Assembly: GCA_023231475.1 (NCBI GenBank)
Contig: JALJEE010002620.1
Coordinates: 1 to 64,000 of the forward strand
DNA length: 64,000 nucleotides
Origin: Seison nebaliae
Lineage: Eukaryota
Direction: 5' to 3'
The position numbers and the translations under genes are program-made. Shown one piece after another: positions 39,601-54,600 of this stretch. The notes beneath the pieces were generated by a model that was not told the DNA's origin, did not search any database, and saw only the letters and a list, made by a program, of their open reading frames with translations. Numbering within the stretch: position 1 is the first letter of the stretch; every line of letters begins with the position of its first letter.

Positions 39601-42600
39601 TGCCAGAAAAATCGATGTCTGAATGGAGCGACATGTATCAGTAGTCCATCAGAGAAAAAATTAAGAAAGTGTCAATGCACAACTGGATTCTATGGAGATG
39701 ATTGTCAACATCCGATTGGTTGTCGTGCTAACCCTTGTCATAATAATGGTAAATGTTATGCTTTTTTGAATAATCCATTAGAAATCAGATGTGAATGTCT
39801 CCACGAATATACCGGGAAACATTGTAAAACATCTGTTCATTGTCTACCGAATCCGTGTAAGAATAACGGAATATGTTCCTACGATTTACACCATCACTTA
39901 ACCAAGTGTAAATGTACCAAACTATTCACCGGACCGTTCTGTGATGAATTTAAATTGTGTCTATCAAATCCATGCAAACATAATGGAATTTGCAAGACAA
40001 CATCCATTTCTCCACCTCAATTCAAATGCATTTGTCGTTCCGGTTTTACTGGCACTACCTGCGAATCATATTCAGCATGTATTCCGAATTTGTGTGATAA
40101 TGGTGGGAAATGTATTGCCAATGAACAGTTTCCCTTAATCGTTCGTTGTTTATGTCAGCCGGAATTTACCGGAGAATTTTGTGATTCATTCCGATTATGT
40201 ATTCCTAATCCATGTAAGAATTATGGAATTTGCAGTAAATTCGGTTCCCACTATAAATGTTCTTGTCGTTTCGGATATACGGGTCATAGCTGTGAATCGT
40301 TAGTTGCTTGTACGTCGAATCCGTGTATGAATGGTGGTTCGTGCATTCCAAGTGCATCAATGATTGGCACGTTTAATTGTCGTTGTGCTCATTCTTATTC
40401 GGGAAGATTCTGTGAACATCATATAAATTGTCTAAATGGTTACTGTATGAATGGAGGTAGTTGTTTCACTAAAAATGGAGAACCACATTGTCGATGTACC
40501 CCATTATTTTTGGGGATTAAATGTGCAACGCCCATTATTTGCAGATCTGCTCCTTGTGCTAATAACGGTACTTGCATAACGGCTCCATTCTCACCACACG
40601 GTTACAAGTGTTTATGTCAAACCGGTTTCGTTGGACGATATTGTAAATTACCTGCCAAATGTGTCCCAAATCCTTGTTTGAATCATGGAAAATGTGGTAG
40701 CGATAGTATAAATCCGAAGGACATTCGATGTCAATGTAATAATAATTTTGTGGGTAAAAGTTGCGAAATATTCAAGCCGTGTCTCAGTCATCCATGTCAG
40801 AATGGTGGGAAGTGTCAACCTAGAAAGAATTCATTTTACCAATATAAATGTGTGTGCAAAACCGGATTTGAAGGACATTTTTGTGAGAGAGTAACTGTTT
40901 GTAAAACGAAACCTTGTCTACATAGAGGTCAGTGTCACATCAAAATTAATGATCCATTTACACCTTTATGTAAATGTAAACCTGCGTTTTATGGTGATCG
41001 GTGTCAGTTGGCTAGAATATGTGATGTTAATCCATGTTTACATGGAGGCAAATGTTCTCCTCATCCGGCTAACCCTAATATGGCATTTTGTAGATGTCAA
41101 TTAGGATTTGAAGGGAAATTCTGCGAATTGTCAATTGAGTGTAAGAGGAAACCTTGTCTTCACAATGGCACTTGCAAATGGGGATTAGATGGATATAATA
41201 GAGCGAGTTGTATTTGTACGAAAGAGTTCGTGGGGAAACGTTGTCAAATTCCGAAGATTTGTGTAAACTATCAATGTAACTTTGGGAAATGTTATGTGAA
41301 GAAAACAGATTTATCAAAACCTCATTGTTTGTGTTTGAAAGATTATACGGGATCAAAATGTTTAACGCCAAAAATATGTCAATCGTCTCCGTGTAAAAAT
41401 GGAGGTAGTTGTTTCGTTACCGATATTAAGCTAGGTTATCAATGTAGTTGCACCGAACATTATGGTGGGAAGAATTGCGAAATATTTTTACCTTGTCAAA
41501 TTAATCGTTGTTTAAATGGAGGACGATGTGTGGAGAAACCTGGACATATGATCTTCTGTCAATGTTCTAATGATTATCATGGAAAGTTTTGTGAGAAACC
41601 GAAAGCCTGTCTGAGTAAGCCGTGTAAGAATAATGGAATTTGTATTTCTTCTTCGACCAATTCCATATTCGTACCATATTCATGTGTGTGTCAACCTGGT
41701 TTCCAAGGTTTTTTTTGCGATACACCAATTGTATGTTTAATGTCGCCGTGTTTGAACGGTGGGAAATGTTCGGTTAGTAAAAGCGACGCTTTCAGTGTCG
41801 TTTGTACTTGTACACCGAAATATACAGGTCGTTATTGTGAAAGTCTTCAAGAATGTGTATCGAATCCATGTAAGAATGAAGGAATTTGTTCACAATCTTT
41901 AATTGTTCACGATAAAATATCTTGTCATTGCCAACGAGGATTTACTGGTAGTCTATGTGAAGTTATATTGGCTTGTTCACCGAACCCTTGTGAAAATAAT
42001 GGGACTTGTATCGCATTGAACAAACGTTCAACTGTACCCAAATGTGTATGTCTGAATGATTTCGAAGGAAATACTTGTGAAATCTACAAGAAATGTGAGC
42101 CGAATCCTTGTCAGAATGGTGGTGTTTGTTTAAAATATGGGACTACGTACAAGTGTCAATGTTCGAAGAGTTTTACCGGTCGTATTTGTGAGAATATGAT
42201 TGCTTGCTTCTCTAATCCTTGTCATCATAATGGAAAGTGTGTACCATTATATTCAGGCAGTTCCGAATATAAGTGTCGTTGCAAAACGGCTTTTGTCGGG
42301 AAATATTGTAAAGTTCCTGTGGCTTGTCTACCTAATCCATGTAATAATAATGGTAAATGTGCTTATTCGCCTAACTCAAGTTTTGGGTATAAATGTGTTT
42401 GTCCTAACAGTTATGTCGGAAAGAATTGTAATGAATTGAAATTATGTGCTCAACATAATCCGTGTTTAAACGGTGGAAGATGTATCGAATATCCTCCATC
42501 ATCTCGCCAATACAAATGTATTTGTAAATCGGAATTTGAAGGAACTAACTGTGAAATAATATCCATTTGTTCTCCGAATCCTTGTCAAAATAATGGCAAG

Positions 42601-45600
42601 TGCCAATTGAATAAAGCCAAACCTTATCAGTATGAGTGTAAATGTCAAATTTCGTATGAAGGAAAACATTGTGAAATTATAAAGAAATGCCAACCGAATC
42701 CGTGTAAGAATGGTGGGATTTGTACATCGTTAGCTAATGGTGTGGTTACTTGTAAATGTTCAATGGATTATGTTGGCAGCCATTGTGAAAAGTTGAAAGT
42801 GTGTCAATCAAACCCTTGTGGTAATAATGGGAAATGTGTGCAAATTAATGAATTTTCCACTTTATTCCGATGTGAATGTTTGAGGAATTATGTCGGAACA
42901 TTCTGTTCCTATTATTTGCCATGCCAAAAGAGTCCGTGCTTCAACGGTGGGACTTGTGTGCCTAATAAAAGGAATGGAAGAAAATGTATTTGCACTCCAA
43001 AATTCACTGGGAAACGTTGTTATTATCCGATACGTTGCATACCAAATCCCTGTAAGAATAACGGTGTTTGCCGTCCGGAAGGATATGGTTCGATTGAATT
43101 GCGATGTATTTGTAAAGGAAATTTTGTAGGAAAATTCTGCGAAATACATCGAGTTTGTCTTCCCAATCCTTGCGTTAATAAAGGAACATGTGATGCACAA
43201 ATGACACATCTTCAAATAAGACCCAAATGTAAATGTTTATCAGGTTACACGGGGGAACTATGTGAGACACCGACGAATTGTTTATATTCACCTTGCAAGA
43301 ATAGAGGACGTTGTGTGGGTGATCATGTTCATGGTTATATGTGTATCTGTCTACCCGGTTTCTTAGGTAAACATTGTGAAATAGTGAGTGGATGTCGACC
43401 AAATCCTTGTAAGAATAACGGGAAATGTCTCCCCAAATTCTATAAAATGAACAAAATTAAATGTATTTGCAAACCAGGTTTCACCGGTTTGAATTGTGAA
43501 TATTCGATTTCTTGTTTATCTCATCCATGCATGAATGGTGGTACTTGTGTAGGTACATATTCTTCTATCATATGTAAATGTCTACCCATTTTCACTGGTC
43601 GACGTTGTGAAACATTAACCGCCTGCATCAATAATCCATGTGCAAACGGTGGGATGTGTGAAATGCTTTATACCGGTGCTACTACCGCCCATTGTAAATG
43701 TAAACCAGGTTTTGTCGGGAAATATTGCAGGAAATTATTATCATGTTATCCGAATCCATGTGCTCCGAATGGAAAATGTAAACCGATTCAACCTGGTTCA
43801 ACCAATTACCGATGTGATTGTCTAAAAGAATTTATTGGTCCCAAATGCAACATACTAAAAAGCTGTGTAAAGAACCCTTGTCAAAATGGTGGTAGTTGTG
43901 TATCTGAATGGGTTGGTTCAAAACGTTACAAATGTTTATGTCTTAAAAGTTTCACGGGAAAGAACTGCGAGAAAGCATTGGCATGTCTTGTCAATCCATG
44001 TCGTAACGGAGGAACGTGTAGTGGTGCCCAAGATATGAATATCATCGACTTCACTTGTAAATGCAAACCGGAATATGCAGGAATGTTATGTGAACTATTA
44101 AAATTATGTGAACCAAATCCTTGTAAGAATTATGGTGAATGTGTACCCAAATTTGTAGGTTCAACTGAGAAAAAATGTCTATGTAAACCAGGTTATGTGG
44201 GAGATCATTGTGAAAAACTGAAGGAATGTGAAAATAACACCTGTAACGGTCATGGAGAATGTGTGGCGAAATATGCAAATTTACCTGTAGTTCATTGTAT
44301 TTGTAATTCGGGTTACACAGGAAAATTTTGTCAATATTCACTTACCTGTATAAGGAAACCATGTTTCAATGGAGGTACTTGTAAAGTTTCCGAATCTTCG
44401 ACAATAAATCGAATCATTTGTATATGTCCTCCGGAATTCACAGGTGCACGTTGCGGCAAGTTGAAAGTATGTGTACAGAAACCATGTAAGAATAATGGAA
44501 AGTGTAAACCGTTGTGGAAAGGTTCCACTCAATTTAAATGTGTTTGCACCAAAGACTTCACAGGTCTCTATTGCGAACAATATATCAGTTGTCTGAATAA
44601 TCCTTGTAGAAATGGCGGTTCCTGTCAACACCAAATAATGAAACATCCTTCCTACATTTGTCTGTGTCCTAATGGATTTACGGGCAAAAGTTGCGAATCA
44701 TTAAAAAGTTGTTTCCCAAACCCTTGCTTAAATGGAGGTAAGTGTCAACCAGCATGGTTAGGTGCTACAACCGCTAAATGTGTATGTAAAGGTGACTTTG
44801 GTGGGGCATATTGCGAAAAGTTTATTAAATGTTATCCTAATCCTTGCAAATATAACGGCCATTGTTCATATGACACCACACATAATATTAAATGTTCATG
44901 CAAACCAGAATTCACCGGTCCCAAATGTGAAACAATTATTGGGTGTACAATGAAACCATGTCGAAATAATGGGAGTTGTATATACGACCCCACAAAAGAC
45001 GTAAAATATAGATGTCATTGTTCTTCACAATTTATCGGGGATTATTGTCAAAATGCTATTGCCTGTGTTCCTAATCCATGCTACAATAGTGGCACATGTA
45101 AATTTGATCAGAATTTACATAAAACCGTATGTATCTGTCGTTTGTATTATACGGGGAAGTTGTGTGAGAAATCGATCGCTTGTTTATCCAATCCGTGTAA
45201 AAATCAAGGATTGTGTAAAATGGATAAGTTGAAATTCATCTGTCAATGCCAATCCGGATTCATTGGCACTTATTGTGAAAAGTTGAGAGAATGTGAACCT
45301 AATCCATGTAGAAATGGAGGAATTTGTGCACCCATTTGGCCTGGTTCCTCCCAACATGTGTGTAAGTGCAAAAATGGTTTCACAGGTCCTCTATGTGAAA
45401 ATTTCCTGAATTGTCTGTCAAGTCCATGTAAGAATGGTGGAACTTGTTTATCGAATGGTGGCTGTAAATGTTTGAATGAATTTATTGGATCTTATTGTGA
45501 ACATTATAAAGGTTGTTCACCAAATCCCTGTAAGAATGGAGGACAATGTTCGGCTTATTTGTACAATGGGCAATATGTTTTACGATGTGCATGTAAGGTT

Positions 45601-48600
45601 GGTTATACGGGGAAATATTGTACGACCATAATAGCCTGTTCCCCAAATCCATGTCTAAATAATGGAAAATGTAAGATAAAAAAATTGAACGTTTTCGATT
45701 TCACATGTGAATGCGAGAAGAAATTTACGGGAAATCGTTGTGAATTACCATCAATCTGTTTAAATAATCCGTGTAGGAATAATGGGAAATGTATCAGCGG
45801 TGTCCACCAACTGTTTAAATGTATTTGTCCCGTTGGATTCATTGGCGATAGATGCCAGAATGTGGCAGCTTGCCAACCTAATCCCTGTCAAAATAATGGT
45901 CGTTGTTCCATATCGAAATTGGGATATGGTTATCAATGTTTCTGCACGACGGACTATTATGGTGATAATTGTGAATTGCCTACGATTTGCCGCCCGAAAC
46001 CTTGTAAGAATTCCGGTATATGTTTTGTGAAAGATGGTAAATTGAAATGTTTATGTAAATATGGTTACACAGGTATTCTTTGTGATAAAGCTCTTGCTTG
46101 TCAAACAGCACCTTGTCTTAACGGAGCCACTTGCATTCCTTCACCTACCTTATACGGTGATTTCAAATGTTTATGTCCGCCTAATTTCACTGGTCGACAT
46201 TGTAATTCTCCATTAATTTGTTTAACGAAACCATGCAGTAATGGTGGATCTTGTTTGAAGAATGACACAACTGGAATAACTTATAAATGTCTTTGTTCGA
46301 AAGGTTTCACGGGCAACAACTGTAATGTTTTAGCCGCGTGCGTCCAAAAACCTTGTGAAAACGGAGGTACGTGTTCGCCAGCTTGGTATGGAACTACCAA
46401 ATATAAATGTGTTTGTCCTCCCGGTTTTTCCGGAACTCATTGCAAGAAATTTCTTCCTTGCTTCCCTAATCCTTGTCTGAATTTCGGTATTTGTGGAAAT
46501 AAACCATTACCGGCGCTGGATTTTGAATGCAAATGCAAAAAACCGTTCAAAGGTAAATTATGTGAAATTGCCAAAATTTGTGAGAGAAAAATCTGTTTTA
46601 ATGGCGCACAATGTGTGGCTAATGCAAATTTGAAATTACCATTTAAATGTATTTGTAAACCTGGATATTTTGGGAGGAGATGTGGTCGGTTAAAGGCGTG
46701 TTATCCTAATCCTTGTGAAAATGGAGGAAAATGTAGACCGATAACTGCAGGATCTACTGAAATAAAATGTGTTTGCTCACCCGGATATACTGGTGCGACT
46801 TGTAATTTAATTTCGAGTTGTATACCAAATCCTTGTATGAATTTGGGTAAATGTCAAATGAGAAAAGATGCTCCTACTTCATTCCAATGTGTTTGTGGCA
46901 AGGAATATACTGGAAAGACATGTAAACTATTGAAAATATGTTTGAACAATCCTTGTCAAAATGGTGGTAGTTGTGTCCAACATCAATGGAATTCTCCCAT
47001 TCATAAATGTTTATGTCCGAAAGAATTCGTGGGAAATAAATGTGAAATTTTCAAAGGTTGTTCACCGAATCCATGTAAGAATGATGGACTATGTTCGTTT
47101 AGACCTCCAAATATATTCCATTGTAAATGCAAAGAATATTTTTATGGAAATCATTGTGAGAGGTTGGTAAAATGTAGTAAGAATCCTTGTAAGAATGGAG
47201 GGTCATGTAAACAAGTCACTCCTGGTTCAACTGAATATGAATGTGTTTGTCAATCCAATTATGGTGGTAAAAATTGTGAAGTTTCAATTCAATGTCAGAA
47301 AATTGAATGTTTGAATGGAGGAACTTGTAAGGTGGTTAACACCACAACTGCCAAATGTGAATGTTCGAAAGAGTTTTATGGAAATCATTGTGAGAATCTC
47401 AGAATATGTCGACAGAAACCATGTTTAAATGGTGGAACATGTCGACAGTCACAAGCGGCCTCCACAAAGTTCATATGTGATTGCGCTCCTGGATTCAGCG
47501 GTAGTCATTGTCAAATATTATCAAATTGTGCAAATAATCCATGTTTGTACGGAGGTAAATGTATACCGAACCCCAAAGATCAGACAAAGGTTTTATGTCA
47601 ATGTAATAACTTTTATACGGGAGATAAATGTGAAACTCTGAAGCATTGTTTGATGAAACCTTGCAAAAATGGTGGAACTTGTCTCTCAATACCATTAAAG
47701 ATTGGTTTGTATAAATGTGTTTGTTCGAAAGGTTATATAGGTCAACATTGTGAACAACTATTAAGTTGTCAATCTAATCCTTGTTCCAATGGTGGAACGT
47801 GTGTTCCTGCTTGGGATAAGTCTGTAGATTTCAAGTGTTTATGTTCCGAATATTTCGTGGGTAAATTATGTGAGTTACCAAAAATTTGCCGACCCAACCC
47901 ATGTTTAAATCTTGGAAAATGTCATGTACATGCTGTGGATAAGAAAAAATATTTGTGCCAATGTGTCTTAACGTATTTTGGTGATAATTGTGAGAAATAC
48001 AAACCGTGTTATCCTAATCCGTGCGGTAAACATGGAACGTGCATTAAACCTTTGGATCATACAAGTTATAAATGTATCTGCGCTCCACATTATACGGGAA
48101 GTGATTGCTCATTGGCAATTGGTTGTTCCCCCAATGTTTGTTTGAATAGTGGAAAATGCGGTTTATCTGAAAAGGGAGACCAAATAATTTGTAATTGTAC
48201 TGTCGATTACTACGGACGGTTATGTGAATCATTAAAAGTTTGTAAGAGTAATCCGTGCCTGAACGGAGGTATTTGTAAATTACCTTTCCCAATTTCAACA
48301 AATTATTTATGTGCTTGCAAACCCGGGTTTAATGGGCAACGATGTGAAATATTAAAAGCCTGTATACCCAACCCGTGTTTGAATAAAGGTGTCTGCTCAT
48401 CTATTACACCCGGTTCATCTGCAATCATGTGTAACTGTAAATCGGATTTCGTGGGGAGTAAATGCGAAACTTATGTACCTTGTTTTCCGAATCCTTGTCG
48501 CAATTCAGGGAAATGTCGTAAAAATATTGGGAAACCTAAAAAATATGAATGTATCTGTACTCGTTATTACATTGGGGAACATTGTGAAGTTCCACAAAAG

Positions 48601-51600
48601 TGTTTGGTGCCACCTTGTAAGAATCATGGGACATGTCAACCGATAATTTCAGCACCGTTCTTCAAGTGTTTGTGCATTGCAAATTTCGTGGGAGAACTTT
48701 GTGAGAAATTTAAAAAATGTCAACCTAATCCTTGTTTGAATGGTGGCATATGTGGAGTAATGGATTCAATAGGAACTGATTTTAAATGTACCTGTCCTCC
48801 TGATTATCAAGGAAAGAAGTGTCAAATTTATAGATATTGCTTGCCCACTATCTGTGCTAATGGGGGAACGTGTATCCCAATAAAAACTAATGAAAAATTC
48901 AAATGTCAATGCACTGATAAATTCAAAGGGAAACGTTGTGAGAAGAGAATTGTTTGTAAATTTGCTCAATGCAAGAACGGGGCAACATGTCAACCAATGA
49001 CAGATACAACATACAAATGTAATTGTCCTTCAGGATTTTTCGGGAATTATTGCGAAATTAAAAGTTCGTGTTCCACGAAGAACCTCTGTCAAAATGGAGG
49101 AACTTGTTCAGATATTTTAATTCCACCATATTATGAATGTAAATGTCGAAGGATATTTAAAGGAAAACATTGTGAAATACAAATTCCATCATGTCAATTA
49201 GGGTTATGTAAGAACGGAGCGACATGCAAGCAACATCCTGATTTGAAGCAGTTTCGGTGTATTTGTATCCAACCCTTCGGTGGTCGTTATTGTATAAAGA
49301 ATGTTGGATTTTGTCATTATAAACCGTGTGTGAACGGAGGAATTTGTAAGAATGTTAATCATAACTCTGGTTTTGTTTGTCAATGTCCGAAACCGTATAT
49401 TGGTAAGAGATGTGAATCAAGCTTGGGTATATGTACAATTCTCCCGTGCAAGAATCATGGCACCTGTTTACAGAATGAAATCAATAACATGATTTATAAA
49501 TGTCAATGTCATGCTCCATTTTATGGTGATTCGTGTGAATTAGTTAATCATCATTGTGATATGAATCCTTGTAAGTATTATGGGAAATGTATACCGGTAA
49601 TCAATGGTCGTTATAGATGTAAATGTCGAGAAGGTTTTTCAGGTGAACATTGTGAAAATAAATTAGTTTGCTATAGTAATCCGTGTAAGAATAATGGAAT
49701 GTGCATAAAAGATCCGAAAACGGATCGATTTAAATGTATTTGCAAAATACCATATCATGGTCGACGATGTGAATTGAAGATGGGAAAATGTTACAGTAAA
49801 CCGTGTAAGAATAAAGGGAAATGTAACGAATTCGATGAAACGTTCTCTTGTGAATGTCCTTTGCCATATACTGGACGTATCTGTGAATTGGAATTAACCG
49901 CATGTTCATTCCATCCGTGTTTAAATGGCGGTCGATGTATTCAAAGTATCACCAGTAAACGGAAATACAGATGTGCCTGTTTGAAACTATTTACAGGTAT
50001 TAATTGTGAAAACCGTTTGAGCGCTTGTGTAGTTAGACCATGTAAAAATGGCGGAACTTGTATTGTCGATCCATCAGATCTCAGTAAATTTAGATGTGTG
50101 TGTGGTAGGATTTTTACCGGAACCACATGTCAAACTAGTTTAGGGGCCTGTTCATTGAAACCATGTGCTAATGGTGGAAAATGTGAAAATTCACCTGATA
50201 AAAAGCAATTCCGATGTATTTGTGTTAAACCGTTTTCTGGTGCTCAATGTCAGAAGAATGACGGTGTTTGCAAATCAGTGAAACCATGTTTGAATAATGG
50301 AAAATGTATCGATTTAGGTGGCTTGAACTATCAATGTATCTGTTTAAAAGGTTACCATGGCGACAGATGTGAGATAAAAAGTGCTTGTCTCAGTAATCCG
50401 TGTTTGAATGATGGTACATGTGTCAAACAACCGAACGATTATAAATGTATTTGCAAATCGCCCTTTGTCGGCAAACGATGTGAATTACGACAACATCCTT
50501 GTAAATCGCTACCATGTCTCAATAGTGGAACGTGCATTTTGGCGGCAAATTTTGATTATAAATGTGTTTGCAAACTACCGTTTCATGGAAGACGGTGTGG
50601 GAAGAATGCTGGTTCTTGTTCGTTAAAACCGTGTTTGAATGGAGGAAAATGTTTGCAACATAAAGATCTCATCCAATTCAAATGTCAATGTTCGAATTTA
50701 TTCACTGGACAATTATGTGAGAGAATAATTAGTCCGTGTGAGACCAAGCCTTGTTTGAATAATGGAAACTGTTTAATAATCGATGAGAAGAATTATAAAT
50801 GTGAATGTCCTCCACAATTCACTGGAGTGAAATGCGAGAAATTATTTGATGTTTGTACATTATCTCAATGTAAAAATGGTGGGACGTGTGAAGCGGTTGG
50901 TTTCGATCAATACAAATGTCTTTGTTCAATCGATTATTATGGAAATTTATGTGAAAATGAAAAAGTGTGTAAGACGACCAGTTGTTTGAATGAGGGGAAA
51001 TGTGTGGTGATCAATGAATTAGAATTTCAATGTGAATGTAATTTGAACTTTGGAGGGAAGATATGTGAACATGCCAATCCGTGTAAGAGTAATTCCTGTC
51101 TAAATAATGGCGTATGTTTTCCTCAATATTCGGATAAGGTTTCTTTCTTGTGTGAATGTACGGAAAAATTTGAAGGAAAAAATTGTGAGAAATATGTCAA
51201 TCCGTGCAGGAATATTCAGTGTCTGAACGAAGGAACTTGTAAAAATCAGGGACATGCCAAATTCGTTTGTAAATGTCCTGTGAAATTCACCGGTCGATTA
51301 TGTGAAGTTGAAATTCCAATTTGTGAGAGTAAACCATGTAAAAACGATGGTATTTGCACTTCAGATGATTTCAACGAAGAATTCACTTGTAATTGTCCTC
51401 CGAAATATACGGGGAAGTTTTGTGAAAAAATTAAATTATGTACTAAACATCCGTGCAAGAATGATGGAATTTGTACGGATTATTTGAATTCATTCGAATG
51501 CGAATGTACTATACCGTTTTATGGAGCGAAATGTGAGAAAGAAATTTGTAAGCCGAATCCATGCAAGAATAAAGGCGTTTGTGAAATCGTCAATGAACAA

Positions 51601-54600
51601 GGCGATTATATTTGTAATTGTGTTCCGCCTTATACTGGACGAATCTGTTCGAGAAAATCTGGAGATTGTTCAATCGGCTCATGTTTACATGACGGTCAAT
51701 GTCTATTCGATGAAGAAACGACGAAATATTCTTGCACTTGTAACGAACCGTTTTATGGTAATAAGTGCGAGAAGATGAGAACAGTTTGCGATCAGAAACC
51801 ATGTCTCAATGGAGCGAAATGTAAAGTGATTGGAGATAATTATTTCGAATGTATTTGTAAAAATGGATATGCCGGACGGTTATGTGACATACCTCCCGAT
51901 CCATGTCGACCGAATAAATGTCTGAATAATGGTATTTGTGAAATGACAAGTAGTAAAAATTTCAAATGTGAATGTACTCCAATTTTCACGGGAAGATTAT
52001 GTGAGAAACGAATTTTTATTTGTAAATCAAAACCATGCAAAAACGATGGAAGTTGTTTGGACAATAAAGATGGAACATATGAATGCATTTGTAGTGTCGG
52101 TTTTAAAGGCTTAACATGTGACATCGAAGCTCCTTGTAGTAAGAAACCGTGTAAGAATAGTGGTTATTGTAGTTTGATAGGAGAAGGTAAATATAAATGC
52201 GAATGTTCATTACCATACTATGGCGAACGATGTGAGAAGCATTTATGTAAACCGAATCCTTGTAAAAACGGCGCATCTTGTGAATTGTTACATCGAGATA
52301 CGGAATTTCGATGTATCTGTCGAGTACCATTTACGGGTCTTTATTGCAAAATAAAAGCCGGATCATGTACCCCAACTACTTGTAAGAATGAGGGAGAATG
52401 CATTTTCGATTACGATACGGGAACATATCGATGTCAATGTGGTAGAATATTTTATGGTGAACATTGTGAAAAGACGAAAAGTGGTTGTGATAGACGACCT
52501 TGTTTGAATAAAGGGAAATGTAAATCGTTAACTTTCCCCCGATATCAATGTATATGTGTCAATGGGTTTAGTGGGCGACGTTGTGGCATTCCACCAAATC
52601 CATGTGAACCGAACATCTGTAAAAATAATGGAAATTGTCAGCTTATGGGAAATTCAAAATTCTCTTGTGAATGTCCTCCAATTTTCACAGGGAGATTATG
52701 TGAAACAGAAATATTGGTATGTAAAAGTCAACCGTGCAAGAACGGTGCACTATGTATCGACAATAAAGATGGGACATTCATATGTCAATGTAAGATTGGA
52801 TTTATCGGTGATTTCTGTCAATTGGTAGCGCCGTGTGCAAGTGTGCCATGTAGGAATGACGGAGTGTGTCATGTGCGATTAGGTGCAATTGAGTGTGAAT
52901 GTGTTTATCCGTTTCATGGTGTGCGTTGTGAGAAAGAGTATTGTAAACCGAATCCATGTCACAATCGAGGGCAATGTGAATTGGTTAATAATAATATTGG
53001 ATATCGATGTCGATGTATTCCACCATATATGGATCTTCTTTGTAATGTGAAAGCGGGCTATTGTACACCAACAACGTGTGCTAATGGTGGATATTGTGTG
53101 TTCGATGAGGAAAGACGACAATATATATGTCAATGTCCCTCACCATATTACGGTAAGAGTTGTAAGAAATTTAGAACGCCTTGTAATGAGAAACCTTGTC
53201 TTAATGGAGGTAAATGTAAACCGATCGGATTCGACAATTATGAATGTCAATGTGTTAATGGTTATAGTGGGATGAATTGTGGGCGCCCACCAGATTTGTG
53301 TTTTCCTAGCAAATGTCAAAATAGTGGCAGATGTGAAATGATAAATGTGAAACAATTCGTTTGTTATTGTCCCCCGATCTTCACCGGAACGTATTGTGAG
53401 ACTCGAATTCTGATCTGTAAAAAGAAACCCTGTCAAAATAATGGAGTATGTGTCGACAATATGGATGGAACATTTAATTGTGAATGCAAATTAGGATTCT
53501 TTGGAGATTATTGTGAGAAACGAAACTATTGTGCGAATGATCCTTGTAAGAATGGAGGAGCATGTAGACTTGTCGATGGGATACTGGAGTGTTCTTGTAA
53601 ATTTCCGTTTTATGGTAAACGATGTAAGAAACAAATTTGTCATCCGAATCCTTGTCAGAATAAAGGAGTTTGTGATGTGTTGGAAGAGAAAGAAACTTAT
53701 AATTGTAATTGTGTTCCACCATTTATCGGTAAGAATTGTCAGATTCGTGCAGGAACTTGTTCCATCACTTCCTGTTTGAATGGAGGAATTTGTATGTTCA
53801 ATGTTGAATTAGATACATTCCAATGTGAATGTAATGAACCGTTTTATGGTAAGAAATGTGAAAAGGTTTTCACCATTTGCAGTGGGAAACCATGTCAAAA
53901 TGGAGCATTGTGTAAACCGAAAAGTTCGAATGAATTTGATTGTGTTTGTAAGAATGGATATTCAGGGAAATTGTGTACAATCCCACCATCGATTTGTAAC
54001 CCGAACAAATGTCAGAATGGTGGGCATTGTCAAATAGTTTCGAGGAATAAGTTCCGTTGCGATTGTCCTCCACCATTCATCGGACGATTATGTGAAAAGA
54101 GAATTTATGTGTGCAAAAGTTCTTCTTGTAAGAATGATGGGAAATGTCAGGACAATAATGATGGAACATTTTCGTGTCTATGCAAGAAAGGATTTGTTGG
54201 ATTGTTGTGTGAGAATCAAAAACTTTGTGATCAACATCCATGTAAGCGAGATGGAATTTGTAGAGAGGTGGATGGACATATCATATGTGAATGTTCATTT
54301 CCGTTTTATGGTGAAAAATGTGAGAAAGAACTGTGTAAACCAAATCCTTGTCAGAATGACGGTGAATGCAATATAATTAATATCGAATCAAATTATCGAT
54401 GTAATTGTCGTCCTCCGTTTATTGGACGACATTGTGAAACGAGTATCGGAAAATGTTCCCGAACGTCATGTCTCAATAATGGTCAATGTATTTTCAATTC
54501 AGAAGTTCACTATTTCCAATGTCAATGTATTCGACCGTATTATGGTGATAATTGTGAGAAATTTTTCACCGTCTGTGATGCAAATCAATGTCTCAATGGA

